From positions 72,177-136,176 of the forward strand of contig CAZQQT010000003.1 of NCBI GenBank assembly GCA_964595645.1: a DNA stretch of 64,000 nucleotides. The letters run 5' to 3'. The notes under the pieces are model-generated. The model made no database searches and was not told the DNA's origin. It saw only the letters and a list, made by a program, of their open reading frames with translations. Made by a program: the position numbers and the translations under genes. Positions 10,244 to 25,299 of this stretch are shown in pieces; within the stretch, counting starts at the first letter, position 1, and the number at the start of each line of letters is the position of its first letter. This DNA is from an uncultured Thermococci archaeon (lineage in GTDB: Archaea > Methanobacteriota_B > Thermococci > Methanofastidiosales > B48-G16).

Positions 10244-12349
10244 TTAGGAGATAAATTCCTCTGTCCATTTGGGGAGTGGAGGCTTAGCCATCTGCTGCCA
10301 CTGTTCATCGGTGAGTCTGTCGTCCATTGGCCATTTAAACTCGTAGTAGGAAAACACTGGTCCCTCCGTTAAATACGTCCTTCCTTCGTTCTGAACGACT
10401 GCATAGAGTCTGAATACGTTTCCAACAGCTTCCTCGAGAACTTTTCCAGTATTGGTATCCGTGTGAACGTCTGCAACTATCTCTACAGACTCATCCGTTT
10501 CTGATTCTTCCGCTGTTTCGAAGGTGCAGAGTGTTTCTATCGTGTCGCCAATATTCCATATTGTTCGGTATTCTTCTTCGGTGAGAGATTTATTCTCGAG
10601 TTCTTTTTCAGCGATTGTTTTTAATGAGAGCAGCAAACTCTCTAAATTCTGGAGTTTTGTTTTGTACTCGTCGAGGAGCAGTCCTCGTGTTTCTAACCCT
10701 TGTCGGGTCATTTTGGTAAGAGATGCGAGCCGTGCATAGACATGAGGCTGTGGTTCCACATACCCCTTTGTCAGTTCCGGTGGCGTGGGTATCGACGTGG
10801 CTTTTATTGTGTAGCTCTGTTTTGCGTAGAGTATCGTATCATGCCGCAGTTCTGTCCATGAACCCAGCGCAGTGAACAATTGTTTTCGTGTCCACGCAGT
10901 ATTCTGCATAAACTCTGGGTATCCTTTCTCTTTCTCCTCAAGCAATGGACGCAGGCTGTAGAGCCAGCTCCAGTAGAGATTCTGTGTCCAGTCCTTCTCA
11001 TTGAGCGAGTGAAACTCATTTTGTAGTTTTTCCATCTGTTTGTCGTAGTTGTTATACTCTGTGTCTCCTTCCTCTTCTAGGATGTTCAACGCCTCCTCCG
11101 AGTCCAAGACTGCGAGCACATCCAGTCCACGTGGAAATCCACGGATGGGTCCTGCCTGTGATGGCACAAGAGTAAAGGGTTCATTATTCCCTTGGTACTG
11201 TAAGACTTTATCGTATACCAACTGTTGGAAGATGTAGGAGTCTGGAATAAACCGCTGCCCCATAAATCTGAATCCTTTGGTCACTTCTTCAGATTTTTCC
11301 ACATCGTAGACAAAGGACGACGTGATTCGTGGATCTCGGCATGTTTTTGCTATGGATATGAACTCATCCAATTTCTCATCAATATCTGTGATAGTATCCC
11401 CGTAGACTTCTTTTATCATGGCCTTGTATTCATAGACGTTGAGATCGTCAGTTTTTCCAACAAAAAACACTGTTGGATCGTAGATTTTTTCCCAAAGTTT
11501 CATATCTTCCTCGTTCATTGCATTTACAATGAGTATCGCTTGTCTTGTTTCTTCTCGTCCCTTTTCTTTTGCTTCAGGAGTCTTACCAGGCTCTAATCTG
11601 AACATCATCCGTCCGTACCACATCATTGCCTTGAAGTATTGTTTTAATTCTTCTGAGCGAGTATAATGTCCTCGTGGAACATACTGCGAGTAATCTCCTT
11701 TGTACTCGAAGATAGGTGATTTTGCGAAGCCCTCGTGTGATTGTATCAATGAAAGTTCCAGTTCCACTTCTGCAGCCACAATATCCGAGACATTATATGA
11801 GTCATCCAGCAGTTTCATAGCCACTGAGAAATAGGCGAGATTTTTTTGTGCTGCTTCTTTTATTGTCCCTTCAGAAGTTTTGTACTGTTCTATCGATGCG
11901 TCAATCATTGATTTTGTCAGTGTTTGTAGATCTTCTGTGAATTTTTCCGTTTCGAGAATTCTCAGTGTATAATCGTAGAGAATGTGGTATGTGTGGAGCA
12001 TGGAGTCTGTGGTGACGAATATAGGAACATTATTTTTTTTGCATCGTGTATAGATATCATAGAACTGTTTCTCATTGCTGGGAACAACAACAAATCCATT
12101 CTCATTTAAAACGTTCTTCTGTTCTTCCGTAAGCGAAAATTTTTCTATATTCTCAGGTGTAAACTCGTATGTGTCTACTTGAGGTGTAATATCTATAGCG
12201 TACTGTTCATATGGAGCGAACCCCTGTTCCACAACTATCTCTCCTGGTTTCAATGGTGTTTTTTCTGGGGTTTCTGTAGATTTTTCTCCTTCCGAGACAC
12301 ACCCGGAAAGTAGTATTCCTGTTATCACTAATAGCGCTATCTTTTTCAT
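10244..12349 (-). CDS. Large secreted lipoprotein, function unknown
   Basis: Likely start at MKKIALLVITGILLSGC (signal peptide plus lipobox); about 700 aa with no recognisable catalytic motif. Confidence 0.45.
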   Translation of the reverse strand: MKKIALLVITGILLSGCVSEGEKSTETPEKTPLKPGEIVVEQGFAPYEQYAIDITPQVDTYEFTPENIEKFSLTEEQKNVLNENGFVVVPSNEKQFYDIYTRCKKNNVPIFVTTDSMLHTYHILYDYTLRILETEKFTEDLQTLTKSMIDASIEQYKTSEGTIKEAAQKNLAYFSVAMKLLDDSYNVSDIVAAEVELELSLIQSHEGFAKSPIFEYKGDYSQYVPRGHYTRSEELKQYFKAMMWYGRMMFRLEPGKTPEAKEKGREETRQAILIVNAMNEEDMKLWEKIYDPTVFFVGKTDDLNVYEYKAMIKEVYGDTITDIDEKLDEFISIAKTCRDPRITSSFVYDVEKSEEVTKGFRFMGQRFIPDSYIFQQLVYDKVLQYQGNNEPFTLVPSQAGPIRGFPRGLDVLAVLDSEEALNILEEEGDTEYNNYDKQMEKLQNEFHSLNEKDWTQNLYWSWLYSLRPLLEEKEKGYPEFMQNTAWTRKQLFTALGSWTELRHDTILYAKQSYTIKATSIPTPPELTKGYVEPQPHVYARLASLTKMTRQGLETRGLLLDEYKTKLQNLESLLLSLKTIAEKELENKSLTEEEYRTIWNIGDTIETLCTFETAEESETDESVEIVADVHTDTNTGKVLEEAVGNVFRLYAVVQNEGRTYLTEGPVFSYYEFKWPMDDRLTDEQWQQMAKPPLPKWTEEFIS

Positions 12350-12460
12350 ACTATCCTCATTTACATCAAAATATAAAAAGGTTTCTATAAGCTTCAATAT
12401 ATATTGAAGTTAAAAGTACCAATACATTTGGGCAAAGAAGAGAAAAAATAAATAAAAGGG

Positions 12461-14662
12461 TTAACTAAAATCTGACGGTTTTGGTGGTTCCGGTTTCAGG
12501 CCTTTCCTCTCTCGCACCTGACGCACTACTTCGGCCTGAAGGTTCTTTGGCATCTTCTCGAATCCGAGCTGTTCAGTTGTCCAGAGAGCTCTCCCCTCCG
12601 TTGCCGAACGTATATCGCTTGAGAATCCAAACATTTCTGCCACAGGAGTTTTTGCAATTACTGTTGTAAGCTCTTCCTTCTGTTCCATGTCCAGAATCTG
12701 TCCTCTTTTCTGCTGGAGGAGTCGGGTGACAGTACCCATGTACGTATCCGGTACGGTCACAAAGACCTTCTGTACCGGTTCATAAAGCGAAACATCTGCC
12801 AGAAGCATTGCTGTGTACAACGCGCTTCTCACTGCAGGAATCACCTGTGCAGGTCCTCGATGGATTGCATCTTCATGGAGTTTGGTGTCTTGGAGTTTTA
12901 CCTTCAACTTGATGGCGGGCTCGTTTGCCAGAACGCTATGATCCATTACATTGTGGAATGCTTCAAGAACGAGGTCTCTTACCTCACCCATATGCACGAT
13001 ACCCCGGGTCATATTCAAATAAATGTTCCCCTGATACACATCTTCAACGTTTTTCGCTTCGTTTTTATCCATCCCCAGCTCTCTCAGTTTTTGTGCAATA
13101 TCTTTCCCCTTTACTTTTCCTTCAGGGATCTCTTCGTTCTTTATCGCGTTATAAATCTCATCTTCCAGAGTTTCTACGGTAACATAAAACCTGTTGTGTT
13201 TGTTAGGCGACTTTCCTTCGATTTCCGGAGATCCTTTCTCTACACCCTCCCGATACACAACAATGGGCTCTGATGTTCTTATTAGAACTCCTTTTTTATG
13301 GACGATTCTGTGGGCTACTACCTCTAAATGTAGCTCACCCATTCCAGCGAGTAGATATTCTCCTGTTTCTTCATCTATCGTTGCTTTCAACGTGGGGTCT
13401 TCCTTCGCAACCTGCTTCATGACTTCAATGAGTTTGGGAAGATCCTGCGCATTTTCAGGCTCTATCGCTTGTGTCACCACAGGTTCGGAGTAATGTTTTA
13501 TTGCTTCAAAGGGATGTATCGGTTCTTTGGTATCACAGATTGTTTCTCCAGCGATTGCCTCTTTTAATCCTGTAATCGCAACCATATTGCCAGCTGGAAC
13601 TTCCTCTACGTTTTTTCTGTCTGCCCCCATGAAAATTCCTACTTGTTGAGCTCTTCTTTTCGTCTTTGCTCCTACTATCCATACCTCATCCCCAGGCTTT
13701 ATTTTTCCGGAGAATATTCGTCCAGTGGCAACATCGCCGGCGTGTGGATCTGCAATGATCTTTGTCACTACCATTGCCAGTGGGCCGTCGTCGTCACATT
13801 CCACCATCGCTTTTCCAACCTTCGACTCAATATCTCCCTTCCATATCCTGGGGAGTCTGTACTCCTGAGCAACCAATGGTGAGGGGAGATGTTTTATCAC
13901 TGTATCAAGCACTATCTGATGTATCGGTGCCTTTTTCGCAAGTTCCTTTTCTTTTTCTTCTTTGGTGTAGTTAATGATATCAGCAAAACTCACACCTGTT
14001 TCTTTCATTCTAGGGACAGAAATCGCCCAGTTATAGTACGCGGAACCAAAAGCAACGCTCCCATCATTGACACTGACTTGCCAGTTCTCTTTTCTTCCTT
14101 TAGGCGCTGCCTGCTTTATTAACTTATTTACCTCCCTGATAATTTTTGCAAATCTTTTTTGCATTTCATCAGGAGTCAACTGAAGCTCGTTTATAAGTCT
14201 ATCAACTTTGTTGATAAAGAGGACTGGTTTTACACCTTCCTTTAATGCCTGTCTCACGACAGTCTCTGTCTGCGGCATTTTTCCTTCCACAGCACAGACA
14301 ACGATGATACATCCATCAATAGCCCTCATTGCCCGGGTCACGTCCCCTCCAAAATCCACATGCCCCGGCGTGTCTATCAGGTTAATAAGGTAGTCTTTCT
14401 CATCGTACTTGTGTGCAAGCGATATGTTTGCAGCATCAATGGTAATACCTCTGTCCTGCTCCTGTTCATCGAAATCAAGCGCTAACTGTTTTCCTGCAAG
14501 CTCCTCGGACATTAATCCTGCCCCTGCGAGCAAGTTATCCGAAAGGGTGGTCTTCCCATGATCTATATGAGCTGCAATACCTATATTTCTAATATATTCT
14601 GGATTGTACATTAATTTATTGGCTAATTTGGCCATTTGTTCTTTTCTTCCCATGTAACTCAC
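12461..14662 (-). CDS. fusA: Translation elongation factor 2 (aEF-2)
   Basis: G-domain motifs [18 protein letters not shown] and NKVDR; diphthamide-region motif (HRGPAQ); full-length collinearity with archaeal EF-2. Confidence 0.95.
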   Translation of the reverse strand: MSYMGRKEQMAKLANKLMYNPEYIRNIGIAAHIDHGKTTLSDNLLAGAGLMSEELAGKQLALDFDEQEQDRGITIDAANISLAHKYDEKDYLINLIDTPGHVDFGGDVTRAMRAIDGCIIVVCAVEGKMPQTETVVRQALKEGVKPVLFINKVDRLINELQLTPDEMQKRFAKIIREVNKLIKQAAPKGRKENWQVSVNDGSVAFGSAYYNWAISVPRMKETGVSFADIINYTKEEKEKELAKKAPIHQIVLDTVIKHLPSPLVAQEYRLPRIWKGDIESKVGKAMVECDDDGPLAMVVTKIIADPHAGDVATGRIFSGKIKPGDEVWIVGAKTKRRAQQVGIFMGADRKNVEEVPAGNMVAITGLKEAIAGETICDTKEPIHPFEAIKHYSEPVVTQAIEPENAQDLPKLIEVMKQVAKEDPTLKATIDEETGEYLLAGMGELHLEVVAHRIVHKKGVLIRTSEPIVVYREGVEKGSPEIEGKSPNKHNRFYVTVETLEDEIYNAIKNEEIPEGKVKGKDIAQKLRELGMDKNEAKNVEDVYQGNIYLNMTRGIVHMGEVRDLVLEAFHNVMDHSVLANEPAIKLKVKLQDTKLHEDAIHRGPAQVIPAVRSALYTAMLLADVSLYEPVQKVFVTVPDTYMGTVTRLLQQKRGQILDMEQKEELTTVIAKTPVAEMFGFSSDIRSATEGRALWTTEQLGFEKMPKNLQAEVVRQVRERKGLKPEPPKPSDFS

Positions 14663-15276
14663 CTTGCTGACTTTGCAATTCTTTCTACATCCTCTCTTTT
14701 ATTCACAGCAGTGCTCTTCATGTCGTGGTTTGAGGCAAGGATGATCTCCTCTGCAAGTGCTTCTGCAAACGATTGTTTGGAGTCAAACGCCTTTAAACTT
14801 GCTCCAAGAGCTATGTACTTAAGTGCAAAATCCAATCTTCTCTGCGGTGCTGTATCTACAGCCACATGATAACTCACACCACCATAGGATATCGTCGTCG
14901 TTTCTTCCATTGGCGCAGCGTTTTCGAGTGCTCTTACTAGTATCTCGAGAGGTTTTTTCTCTGTTCTCTTATGTATAACGTCAAATGCTTCTTTTAGTGT
15001 CTTATACACTTTTGTTTTTTTACCAGAATTGCCTCCCTGTCTTCGTAGGATTCTCCCCCCAACTTTCTTTTTTGCTGTTCCTGTTCTCATTAATTTATTC
15101 ATGAGCCTCTCTACAATATTAATATTCGCTTTTCCAAATCTTTTTTGTTGATATCTACCGCTTGAATGCGGAATGTAAATAGGATCTAAATTAATATACT
15201 TTTTAAGTCCGTGATCTTTTATTTCTACGTCATATTCCCATTTATTAAAAAGTTTCTCGTTCAACTTTTTTTCCAT
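14659..15276 (-). CDS. rps7: 30S ribosomal protein S7 (uS7)
   Basis: Position between S12 and EF-2 (str operon order); uS7 family sequence pattern. Confidence 0.85.
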   Translation of the reverse strand: MEKKLNEKLFNKWEYDVEIKDHGLKKYINLDPIYIPHSSGRYQQKRFGKANINIVERLMNKLMRTGTAKKKVGGRILRRQGGNSGKKTKVYKTLKEAFDVIHKRTEKKPLEILVRALENAAPMEETTTISYGGVSYHVAVDTAPQRRLDFALKYIALGASLKAFDSKQSFAEALAEEIILASNHDMKSTAVNKREDVERIAKSAR

Positions 15277-15280
15277 CGAA

Positions 15281-15718
15281 TCACCGTATCGGTTTCTCCT
15301 TCTTTCCGGCGACCATCTCGCTCAATGCCACTCGATTGACCTTGATGACTTTAAACCTGACACCCGGAATGTCTCCCATCGATCGTCCTTTTCTTCCGCC
15401 TATGCCCTCAATGACAACCTCATCATGTTCGTCTATGAAATTTATTGCTCCATCACCTGGACAGAAGGCTGTCACCTGTCGTCCGTTTTTTATCAACTGA
15501 ACTCTCACACATTTACGGATAGCAGAGTTGGGTTGCTTCGCTTCGACGGGCACTTTTTCGAGAACAATTCCACGCGCCTGAGGCGCCTTTTCTAGTGGAT
15601 CGGTTTTTTTTTCCAGTCCTAAAGCTCTTCTTTTAAAATCTATATCTTGCCATCTAAGTTTCTTTCTCTTCTTTTTGAGGGTTCTACCTGCGAATTCTCC
15701 TCGTGCGCCTTTACTCAT
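15281..15718 (-). CDS. rps12: 30S ribosomal protein S12 (uS12)
   Basis: Conserved motif [22 protein letters not shown] plus PGVRFKV. Confidence 0.95.
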   Translation of the reverse strand: MSKGARGEFAGRTLKKKRKKLRWQDIDFKRRALGLEKKTDPLEKAPQARGIVLEKVPVEAKQPNSAIRKCVRVQLIKNGRQVTAFCPGDGAINFIDEHDEVVIEGIGGRKGRSMGDIPGVRFKVIKVNRVALSEMVAGKKEKPIR

Positions 15719-15729
15719 GATTATTCACC

Positions 15730-16152
15730 TCATTTTATTTGAACATCTGTTATATCATAATGTCTGTTGAGTAACGATCTTATTCTTTTTATATTTTTGC
15801 CAGACTTTCCTATTACAAGGCCTTTTTTTTCTCGTGGTACTTCTATTGTTGCTACCCTTTTATTGTTTTTCTTAGAAATAACGAATGAATTCAACGTTAT
15901 AGGTCTCAACATATTCTTTATAAACTCTTCGGGATCATCGGTGTATCCCACAACCTCTATATCTTTCCCTGACATCTTGGACATTCTTTTTATATTGGAT
16001 CCTTTTCTACCTATGGCCAGTCCAACATCTTTTTCTTCTACAACAAACGTGAGTTTGTCGTCCCCCTTAAGACAATCAATCACATTTGCCCCAGTTATGT
16101 TTTCAAAGATGTTTATGCACTTTATCTCTTCCGTTCCGAGTTTTAATCCCAT
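15730..16152 (-). CDS. nusA: Archaeal NusA-like transcription termination/antitermination protein (two KH domains)
   Basis: 140 aa; two GxxG KH motifs (IGRKGSNIK, IGKSGKNIK); conserved position after L30e. Confidence 0.8.
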   Translation of the reverse strand: MGLKLGTEEIKCINIFENITGANVIDCLKGDDKLTFVVEEKDVGLAIGRKGSNIKRMSKMSGKDIEVVGYTDDPEEFIKNMLRPITLNSFVISKKNNKRVATIEVPREKKGLVIGKSGKNIKRIRSLLNRHYDITDVQIK

Positions 16153-16160
16153 TATTACAC

Positions 16161-16460
16161 CTAAATGGAGTCGACTGAGAGTATATTTGACTCTCCTTGG
16201 TCTATTACAGCGATAGTTGAGATCACATATGGTTTCCCTACTGCAGTTCCCAGCTCTATCGACGAGCCTTTGAACATGAAATACGGAGTTTCCAAAAGAT
16301 CACAGTAATACTTTATGTCTTCGATAGTCCCTTTTTGGATGTTTTCTGCGTATATAATAAGTTTTACCTTTTCGTTTTTTAAAGCTTTTAAAGACTCTTC
16401 CGTTCCTATCAGGACCTTTCCTGTCTGTGCTGTTTTTCTTATTTCCTGTGCTACATCCAT
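16161..16460 (-). CDS. rpl30e: 50S ribosomal protein L30e
   Basis: 99 aa; L30e/L7Ae fold pattern (KVLIGTEESLKALKNEKVKLIIYAEN); conserved position downstream of rpoA''. Confidence 0.85.
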   Translation of the reverse strand: MDVAQEIRKTAQTGKVLIGTEESLKALKNEKVKLIIYAENIQKGTIEDIKYYCDLLETPYFMFKGSSIELGTAVGKPYVISTIAVIDQGESNILSVDSI

Positions 16461-16462
16461 AT

Positions 16463-20277
<3,815 letters not shown>

Positions 20278-20281
20278 GATA

Positions 20282-23200
20282 TTACACCTTCTCCTTTAAA
20301 ATAAAGCGGGGATCCAGACCCATAGCCTCCATCTCCTTGATTAATAGTACAAAAGCATAGGAAAGTTTCACTTTATAAATTGCTGTGTTATCTTCACAGA
20401 GTGGGCAGTACCTTTTGTTCTTTATCGCATCGTATACAGCGACGCTTCCACAGTTCTCACAGACGAGAATAGACGTCTTGTCAGATGCATCGAGAAGTCG
20501 CTCTTGGAGTAGCATCGACGCGCCATGACCCACGAGACAGTCTCTTTCCATTTCTCCAAATCGTAGACCTCCTTCTCGTGCCTTTCCTTCTGTTGGCTGT
20601 CGTGTGAGCATCTGTCTCGGTCCCCGTGGACGGGAGTGGAGTTTATCTCCAACCATATGGTGGAGTTTCTGATAGTATGCAGGACTTATAAATATGCCTG
20701 CCTCGATTATTTCACCTGTATAACCGTTATATAATATTTCTTTTCCAGTATTCTTAAATCCAAGCTCTTTCAGGGATTTTCTTAGGATTTCTTCTTTTTC
20801 ACTATCGAATGCTGTACCATCCACTTTTCTACCTTTCATCGCTCCCACTTTGGATCCTATCATCTCGAGAATCTGTCCTATTGTTTTTCGCGAGGGAATT
20901 GCGTGTGGATTTATAATGAGATCAGGGACAATTCCCTGCTCTGTGAAGGGCATATCTTCCTGGGGGAGGATGAATCCAATAACACCCTTCTGACCATGTC
21001 GTGAGGAGAATTTGTCTCCAAGTTCTGGGATTCTCTCCGTTCTCACCCTCACTTTAGCAAGTTTATTCCCATCTTCGTTATCTGTGAGCAGGGCAAAGTC
21101 TACAGTTCCTGATTCATTGGGTCGTAGGTCCTCTGAGGACTCTATTCTCCCGGCCATCTCTGTACCGAACTCATCCAGTTCTTTCAGGAATCGTGGAGGG
21201 CTTGTTCTTCCGACGAGAACATCTCCTCCTCCTACATCTGACTCTAGCCTCACTATGCCATCTTCATCGAGACTTCTGTAGGGTTCTGGACCTCTGTACC
21301 CCTTTGTTGTTTCTGCCGGAACTTCAAAGGCATCTACCTGACCCCCGGGATACCTTCGTTCTTCGCAAGTATATGTCCTGAAAAACGTGGATCGTGCAAG
21401 TCCCCGCTCGACGGATCCCTTGTTGATGATAAGGGCATCCTCAATGTTATACCCTGTGTAGGAGAGCACAGCCACTATGAAATTTTCCCCTGCAGGCCGT
21501 TTATCATAGTTTATCGCATCCGAAACCTTTGTTTTTACAATTGGTTTCTGCGGGTAGTGCAGAAGATGTCCTCTGGTGTCAACTCGCCAATTATAATTTG
21601 AAAGGCCAAATCCTAAGCTCTGTTTAAACATACCTGCAGCTGTGGAATTTCGAGGTGCAGCGTTATGCTCAGGGAAGGGCACCATACCTGCGCAGACTCC
21701 TAGGATGGTAGGAGGGTATACTTCCATGTGTGTATGATCTGAATTGACTTCCTTCCTATTGATAGCGATGTAAGCATTCTCTTCCTCCTCGGAGTCTATA
21801 TACTCGATAATTCCTCGTTCTACGAGATCGCTCCAGGAGAGCTCTCGATCTTTTATTTTATCGATATGATTTTTTGTGAGCTTTGGTTTTCCATCGTCCA
21901 CTACAACCAATGGCCTTCGAGCTCTTGCACCATCACAGTTTATTTGGACTTCATTTATGTTATCATAGTACACAACATTAATATTATGAGAAATTTTTCC
22001 TTTCCTTCTATCTTTTCTAATATTTTCTGCCAAAGTCTCTCCATTCTCTGCTGTGCCCACGAGATTACCGTTTAAATAGACATATGCATTGACCTCTGGG
22101 CCTTCTGCTTTCTCTATTTTTCGGATTTTAAGATTTTTATAGAGGTACTCCTTTACCTCTTCTTCATCAACACCGATAGAAACGGATGCCATTAATGCCA
22201 TATTTTTTACGAGGCCACAGTTCGGACCATCCGGTGTTTCGTTTGGGCATATTCTGCCCCAGTGTGTGGCATGTAGGTCTCTCGCTTCGAAATGAGACTG
22301 ACTTCGGCTGAGTGGGGACACAACTCTTCTCAAATGAGAAAGAACAGCTACATAATTTACAGCGTCCATCAGCTGACTTACGCCCGTCCTTCCACCGGGC
22401 CACGCACCTGTAGCCATGGCGTGTCTAATTCGTTCTGTGAGCACATCTGCCCGCACGGATTTTCTCACGAACTCTTCCTCTTTCCCTTTTTCATACCTGC
22501 CTCGGGAGTGCGTTCGTTCAAGCTGATACTTTATGTCTCTATTCAGTTGTTTAAAGGATAATCTAAAAAGATCTTTTAACAGCTCTCCTGCAAGTTTCCA
22601 TCTTTTATTCGCGTAATGATCTTTATCGTCCACATCTCTAATACCTAGAGACAATTCTATAGATCTAGAGGCCATTATTCCTAAATAATACGCTTTTCTT
22701 ATTCTATCTTCAGGTTCTACGCCGATATGGGGAAGCAAGTATCTATCCACGGTGTTTTTTGCTCTTTTCAGTCTGTATTCCTTTATTTGTCCGACAGCAA
22801 CCTTCTTTCCAATAACATCCAGTGCTCCTTCTTGATCGATGATATCCATTCCTTCCTCCAGGTTATCGAGTAGCTCCTTCTGTATTGTTTCATTTCCAGA
22901 CACAGCGTTGACAATATTCATGTCCTTTTCCAATCCTAATGCTTTCATAAGAGTCACAAAGGGTACAGCACCCGGAACGCCCGGAAATGAAACTCGAAGT
23001 AATCCATCCCGTTTCCTTTCGACACTTATCAGGGACCTAAAGCCATGTCGTGTGGAGAAAACCTTTGCAATACAACTTCTTTTCCTTGTATCTTCTTCCA
23101 CAAGTATCCTATTTGGAGCGAGATCCTCTATGGCGACGATCACTCTTTCGGACCCGTTAATAATGAAGTATCCTCCTGGATCGATTGGATCTTCCTTTTG

Positions 23201-23599
23201 ATGGATGAGTTCTTCTCTGTCCATTCTGCCCAGTCGACATATTTTCGATTTGATCATGATTGGGAGCTCACCTATTGTTACTTCTACGGGTCCAAACTTT
23301 TCTTCATTGAGTACAGGGTACATCTCCAAGAACAGAGGTGCTGCATAGGTCATATCTCGCAGTCTTGCTTCCATTGGATGCATGATCCTTCTGGATCCAT
23401 CTGCCTCCTTCGTCCTCGGCTGTCCAATCCGTATCTTGCCAAATTCTACATGAAACTCTTCTATATCTGTTTCGATTTCTCCTATTTCGTTCACAACTTC
23501 TTGGAGGCCTCTTTCAATGAGATCATTATACGAATCAAGATTTTGTTTAACAAATCCTTCTTCTTCGAAAAAAGATTTAATAATAGGCCATCTATCCAT
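20282..23599 (-). CDS. rpoB: DNA-directed RNA polymerase subunit B (unsplit)
   Basis: 1105 aa single ORF covering both the B'' and B' regions; conserved motifs ([12 protein letters not shown]; C-terminal zinc ribbon CENCGS...CPLC). Confidence 0.95.
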   Translation of the reverse strand: MDRWPIIKSFFEEEGFVKQNLDSYNDLIERGLQEVVNEIGEIETDIEEFHVEFGKIRIGQPRTKEADGSRRIMHPMEARLRDMTYAAPLFLEMYPVLNEEKFGPVEVTIGELPIMIKSKICRLGRMDREELIHQKEDPIDPGGYFIINGSERVIVAIEDLAPNRILVEEDTRKRSCIAKVFSTRHGFRSLISVERKRDGLLRVSFPGVPGAVPFVTLMKALGLEKDMNIVNAVSGNETIQKELLDNLEEGMDIIDQEGALDVIGKKVAVGQIKEYRLKRAKNTVDRYLLPHIGVEPEDRIRKAYYLGIMASRSIELSLGIRDVDDKDHYANKRWKLAGELLKDLFRLSFKQLNRDIKYQLERTHSRGRYEKGKEEEFVRKSVRADVLTERIRHAMATGAWPGGRTGVSQLMDAVNYVAVLSHLRRVVSPLSRSQSHFEARDLHATHWGRICPNETPDGPNCGLVKNMALMASVSIGVDEEEVKEYLYKNLKIRKIEKAEGPEVNAYVYLNGNLVGTAENGETLAENIRKDRRKGKISHNINVVYYDNINEVQINCDGARARRPLVVVDDGKPKLTKNHIDKIKDRELSWSDLVERGIIEYIDSEEEENAYIAINRKEVNSDHTHMEVYPPTILGVCAGMVPFPEHNAAPRNSTAAGMFKQSLGFGLSNYNWRVDTRGHLLHYPQKPIVKTKVSDAINYDKRPAGENFIVAVLSYTGYNIEDALIINKGSVERGLARSTFFRTYTCEERRYPGGQVDAFEVPAETTKGYRGPEPYRSLDEDGIVRLESDVGGGDVLVGRTSPPRFLKELDEFGTEMAGRIESSEDLRPNESGTVDFALLTDNEDGNKLAKVRVRTERIPELGDKFSSRHGQKGVIGFILPQEDMPFTEQGIVPDLIINPHAIPSRKTIGQILEMIGSKVGAMKGRKVDGTAFDSEKEEILRKSLKELGFKNTGKEILYNGYTGEIIEAGIFISPAYYQKLHHMVGDKLHSRPRGPRQMLTRQPTEGKAREGGLRFGEMERDCLVGHGASMLLQERLLDASDKTSILVCENCGSVAVYDAIKNKRYCPLCEDNTAIYKVKLSYAFVLLIKEMEAMGLDPRFILKEKV

Positions 23600-23600
23600 T

Positions 23601-23843
23601 TTACCACCCTTTAACCACCAATCGGTAATATGTAGTTTCCCCTGCTAGTGTCTCCTTTCTTATTATCTTTAACACTTGCCCCGGTTTAGCACCTATCGAC
23701 TTTGCTACCGGATCATCTGCTCTGATCAAGGGTAACTCTCCTTTTTTAATATCATATTTCTTTAAAACTTCTTCTACCTCTTCTTCATCCAATACAATGT
23801 GTTCAGGCACCATTTCGTGTTTTAAAATATTTTTCTTACTCAT
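23601..23843 (-). CDS. rpoH: DNA-directed RNA polymerase subunit H (Rpb5 homologue)
   Basis: 80 aa; Rpb5 C-terminal domain pattern ([10 protein letters not shown]...[11 protein letters not shown]...[10 protein letters not shown]-like); immediately upstream of rpoB. Confidence 0.85.
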   Translation of the reverse strand: MSKKNILKHEMVPEHIVLDEEEVEEVLKKYDIKKGELPLIRADDPVAKSIGAKPGQVLKIIRKETLAGETTYYRLVVKGW

Positions 23844-23936
23844 ATTAGTTTCTCCTGCAGGTCGAGTATGATCAAGGGATGTGTGAACCTGAATGATGTG
23901 AGGTTCTCTCCCTATGAGTTCATGACGGGGATGGAA

Positions 23937-24011
23937 CGGGCCCGACGGGATTTGAACCCGCGACGCCCGGCTTAAAAGGCCGGTGCTCTCACCAGTCTGA
24001 GCTACGGGCCC
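23937..24011 (-). tRNA. tRNA-Lys (anticodon TTT)
   Basis: Reverse complement folds as a cloverleaf: acceptor GGGCCCG/CGGGCCC, anticodon stem CCGGC/GCCGG with loop CTTTTAA, T-loop TTCAAAT; no encoded CCA. Confidence 0.85.
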
Positions 24012-24017
24012 CTAAAA

Positions 24018-24093
24018 CGCCCGGGCCGGGATTCGAACCCGAGTCACGGGAGTGACAGTCCCGTATGATACGACCGGACTACACCACCCGGGC
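24018..24093 (-). tRNA. tRNA-Asp (anticodon GTC)
   Basis: Reverse complement GCCCGGGTGGTGTAG...CGGGACTGTCACTCCCG...GGGTTCGAATCCCGGCCCGGGCG: acceptor GCCCGGG, anticodon loop CTGTCAC, T-loop TTCGAAT. Confidence 0.85.
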
Positions 24094-24160
24094 ATTATTA
24101 AGGCTATTTAATGAGTATATGGGTTTTCCCCTAATTTATTCTATTTTTTTATTTTATGAA

Positions 24161-24278
24161 GAGCCGGCAGCGAATTGAAATTCCCGCCATAAGGCAGTAC
24201 CACTCAAAACGTGGGAAGGCTTAACTTCCGTGTTCGACATGGGTACGGGTGTATCCCTTCCACTGTGGCCGCCGTACA
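24161..24278 (-). rRNA. rrf: 5S ribosomal RNA (stand-alone)
   Basis: Minus strand carries the universally conserved 5S motif CGAACACGGAAGTTAAGC. The termini can pair as helix I (5' CGGCGGC with 3' GCUGCCG). Length is about 118 nt; ends are approximate to within 5 nt. Confidence 0.75.
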
Positions 24279-24296
24279 GAACGTGGTGAGATAGTG

Positions 24297-24312
24297 GGAT
24301 ATAAAAAGCTTT
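24297..24312 (-). promoter_or_regulatory. Archaeal TATA box / BRE-like promoter for the 5S rRNA-tRNA unit
   Basis: Minus strand reads CGAAAGCTTTTTATATCC about 22-27 nt upstream of the inferred 5S 5' end. Confidence 0.4.
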
Positions 24313-24345
24313 CGGTGATTTTCAAATAAAGAAGCATTATTCGCC

Positions 24346-25299
24346 CTACGTTTCCCAAAAATCTTTTTTGGTCAGATGACCTCCGTACTCTGATTTCAAA
24401 ATCGTGATAGCAGCCTGAGGAGAGATGATACCTTTTTCTGTGATGATAAGATCGATAAGTTCAGGTGGTGTTACATCGAAGGCAGGATTTCTCACCCTTA
24501 TATTTCCTATTTCTTCTTTTTTTTCCTCAGAAATTACTTCTCTCCAATTTCTCTCCTCTATTTCAATAAGTTTTCCTGCAAGAGTTTCTGGATGGAATTT
24601 ATACGTTTCTGCAGCCACAATTAAATCTACTCTAGCTTCTTCAGCTAAAACAGCTAATGCTGATGTTCCTATCTTGTTTACAACAGCTCCATTTGCAGCA
24701 ACAGCATCTGCACCAATGATGGCAAGGTCCATATCGGCCATGAAGTATCGGGCAGCGCTGTCCACTATCAAACTTGTAGGTATTCCTTCATTACAGAGTG
24801 TTTTGGCTGTGAGATGTCCCTGGTATCTCGGTCTCGTTTCTCTCACAAAGACTTCAAACTCCTTTCCTCTTTTAAAGGCTGTTGTGATTACAGAGATGGC
24901 ACAACTACTGTTGCAATGGGTGATTATTTTATCTCCCTCCTGAATCCTGTTCGCCCCTATCTTTCCTATTTCTCTTACCGCAGAGATAGAAAGCTCGATG
25001 AACTCTTGAGATCTCCGTATTATTGTGGATTGCAATGAGTCCAGATCTGTGGAAAAATCTATGTCTTTAACCACATACCTGAGAGAGTTAGCGAGAGACA
25101 CAGCTGTTGGTCGAGTACTTACCAAAAACTTCGCATTATCTTTTAGTTCCTTTATAAACTCCTCCTTTGTCCCTGAAAACTTTTCACAGAACCGTTTTAT
25201 TGCTTCTGCTGTTTTTCTTCCAATCTTTGCAGCACCTCTAATCTCCATATTTTTTATTTTTTTACCGGTCTCAACAATATACTCATCCATGGGATCCAC
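24346..25299 (-). CDS. eIF-2B alpha/beta/delta-family protein, probable ribose-1,5-bisphosphate isomerase (e2b2-type)
   Basis: 317 aa (e2b2-type length rather than the longer MtnA type); family motifs ITHCNSS and C-terminal FDVTPPELIDLIITEKG. Confidence 0.55.
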   Translation of the reverse strand: MDPMDEYIVETGKKIKNMEIRGAAKIGRKTAEAIKRFCEKFSGTKEEFIKELKDNAKFLVSTRPTAVSLANSLRYVVKDIDFSTDLDSLQSTIIRRSQEFIELSISAVREIGKIGANRIQEGDKIITHCNSSCAISVITTAFKRGKEFEVFVRETRPRYQGHLTAKTLCNEGIPTSLIVDSAARYFMADMDLAIIGADAVAANGAVVNKIGTSALAVLAEEARVDLIVAAETYKFHPETLAGKLIEIEERNWREVISEEKKEEIGNIRVRNPAFDVTPPELIDLIITEKGIISPQAAITILKSEYGGHLTKKDFWET

